From an uncultured Lentimicrobiaceae bacterium (GTDB lineage: Bacteria > Bacteroidota > Bacteroidia > Bacteroidales > WCHB1-69), in NCBI GenBank assembly GCA_964480685.1, contig CAYZQG010000001.1, forward strand, positions 1 to 29,531: a DNA stretch of 29,531 bases. Reading direction: 5' to 3'. The first letter of the stretch is position 1. Every line of letters starts with the position of its first letter. Of this stretch, positions 28,309 to 29,531 are shown in pieces. Under the pieces are notes generated by a model, which was not told the origin of the DNA, made no database searches, and saw only the letters and a list, made by a program, of their open reading frames with translations. The translations under genes were made by a program, and so were the position numbers.

Positions 28309-28719
28309 ATGAAATCTGATAAAATTTTAAGCGACCATCAATTGAAGCGAACTTCTTGTCGAGAAGGTATTATTGACGTGATGATGGAATCGAAAGAAGC
28401 TCTTTCGGAAAATGAAATTCGGGAACAATTGCAAGGGAATTATGATCGCACCACCTTTTACCGCTCGTTTAAAACATTAGAAGAGAAGAAAATAATTCAC
28501 AAAATAGTGGTTGATAATCAAATCATAAAATATGCCCTGGATAATCAACATACACAGTCCGACCAACATCCGCATTTTTATTGCAATCAATGCAAAACCG
28601 TGCAATGTTTAAATACCATCAACCTTCAAACTCCTTCGCTACCCGACGGATTTGTTGAAACCGAAATGCATGTCATGATAAAAGGAATTTGCAATCACTG
28701 CCAAAAAAACAACGGATAG
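28309..28719 (+). CDS. Fur-family metalloregulator (start probably ATG 28309)
   Basis: LKRTSCR, DRTTFYRSFKTLEEKKIIHK winged helix, HPHFYCNQC and C-terminal GICNHC (two CxxC). Confidence 0.92.
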   Translation: MKSDKILSDHQLKRTSCREGIIDVMMESKEALSENEIREQLQGNYDRTTFYRSFKTLEEKKIIHKIVVDNQIIKYALDNQHTQSDQHPHFYCNQCKTVQCLNTINLQTPSLPDGFVETEMHVMIKGICNHCQKNNG

Positions 28720-28723
28720 ATAA

Positions 28724-29068
28724 ATGAATACTAAGAAATATATTGCTTTTATTTGTGTCTGGATATACATATTTCCTCTTGTATATCAACCAATTCACAT
28801 TTACAAGCATCCTATTCATTTCGATAAGGAAGAAAAAAATATTATTATCGCTTCCGAAACAAGCAAGCAAATCTTTCAATTTCATGCTACGCATAAAAAA
28901 TGTCCGATTTGTGAATTTACGTTTTTTATCCGGACATTACCTCCCTTTTCGGTATTTGAAAGCAAATTAAATCAACTAAAAATCATCTTCCACGAAAACA
29001 TAACAAAACGTTTGTTTACTGTTTTCACCATTAACATATCACAACGAGCTCCGCCGGCAATATTCTAA
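28724..29068 (+). CDS. DUF2946/CruR-like leader protein: TM segment, His cluster, CxxC, C-terminal RAPP
   Basis: Hydrophobic residues 6-21, H25/H29/H32/H54/H57, C60-P-I-C63 and R108-A-P-P111 three codons before the stop. It lies directly upstream of a TonB-dependent receptor. Confidence 0.75.
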   Translation: MNTKKYIAFICVWIYIFPLVYQPIHIYKHPIHFDKEEKNIIIASETSKQIFQFHATHKKCPICEFTFFIRTLPPFSVFESKLNQLKIIFHENITKRLFTVFTINISQRAPPAIF

Positions 29069-29120
29069 ATTACGTATCTTAGAATAATTTTCACGTTTTT
29101 TTTTAACTTCTTATACATAC

Positions 29121-29531
29121 ATGAGAAATAAATTAATTATGCTTTGGATAGGCATACATATAACGATGGTAAGCGGAGTAGCTCAATCTTTATACACTAT
29201 TTCGGGGACAATTAGGGATGAACATAATCAAGCGATTGTGGGGGCATCGGTCTATGTTGTTTCGCATAATATGGGTTGCATCAGCGACCGTAACGGCAAC
29301 TATTCCATTCACAGCTTGGAAAAAGGCACCTATTATATTCAGGTGTCGTATGTAGGCTATCAAACACATAACGATACACTTATACTTCATAAAGACACTG
29401 TTCTCCCTGTTCGTTTATTCCTTACAAGTCAAATTTTGGATGAAATAGTAATAAAAAACGATTATATTGAAAATTATAAAAAAGTAATTCCACTTCCAAT
29501 TCAAACCATTGATAATATTTATATTAAGCAA
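29121..29531 (+). CDS. TonB-dependent receptor, N-terminal part (signal peptide plus carboxypeptidase-regulatory-like domain; runs off the window end; absent from the ORF track)
   Basis: Manual translation: MRNKLIMLWIGIHITMVSGVAQSLYTISGTIRDEHNQAIVGASVYV...SDRNGNYSI...GTYYIQVSYVGYQT...LDEIVI. The frame is open to the edge. Confidence 0.85.
   Translation, partial: MRNKLIMLWIGIHITMVSGVAQSLYTISGTIRDEHNQAIVGASVYVVSHNMGCISDRNGNYSIHSLEKGTYYIQVSYVGYQTHNDTLILHKDTVLPVRLFLTSQILDEIVIKNDYIENYKKVIPLPIQTIDNIYIKQ

Noticed and set aside
28673-29390. ORFs 28673..28894 (-), 28743..28970 (+) and 29190..29390 (-)
   Set aside because: Shadow frames of the leader ORF and the TonB-receptor N-terminus, with no motifs of their own.

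Overview
Low-GC Bacteroidota (probably Bacteroidales) chromosomal window. Support for the taxon: TAnnTTTG '-7' promoter elements before most transcription units, no Shine-Dalgarno motifs, two T9SS C-terminal-domain cargo proteins and a TonB-dependent receptor N-terminus. The left and middle parts are mostly housekeeping: leuS (cut by the window edge and missing from the ORF track), two pseudouridine synthases, an Fe/Mn SOD, dapF, a YtrA/GntR ABC operon, topA, an arginase-fold protein, a GH3 protein and an RRM protein. The right third is accessory: a C10 protease, five small stress/detox-type genes, a 1.4 kb stretch of fused pseudogene fragments (lipoprotein, radical SAM/SPASM, SanA), a 91-bp inverted-repeat element, and DUF2147- and DUF1295-like genes. 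The best lead is at 28276-29531. A perfect 7-1-7 palindrome precedes a Fur-family regulator, then a 114-aa ORF with an N-terminal hydrophobic segment, a His cluster, CxxC and a C-terminal RAPP ribosome-arrest motif. A hairpin and U-tract overlap or follow its stop codon, and a TonB-dependent receptor comes next. This looks like a two-tier metal-uptake switch (repressor plus metal-sensing arrest peptide) resembling Bordetella CruR-bfrG. All family assignments come from motif recognition by eye; no database search was run. No rRNA, tRNA, CRISPR array, integrase or transposase was seen.
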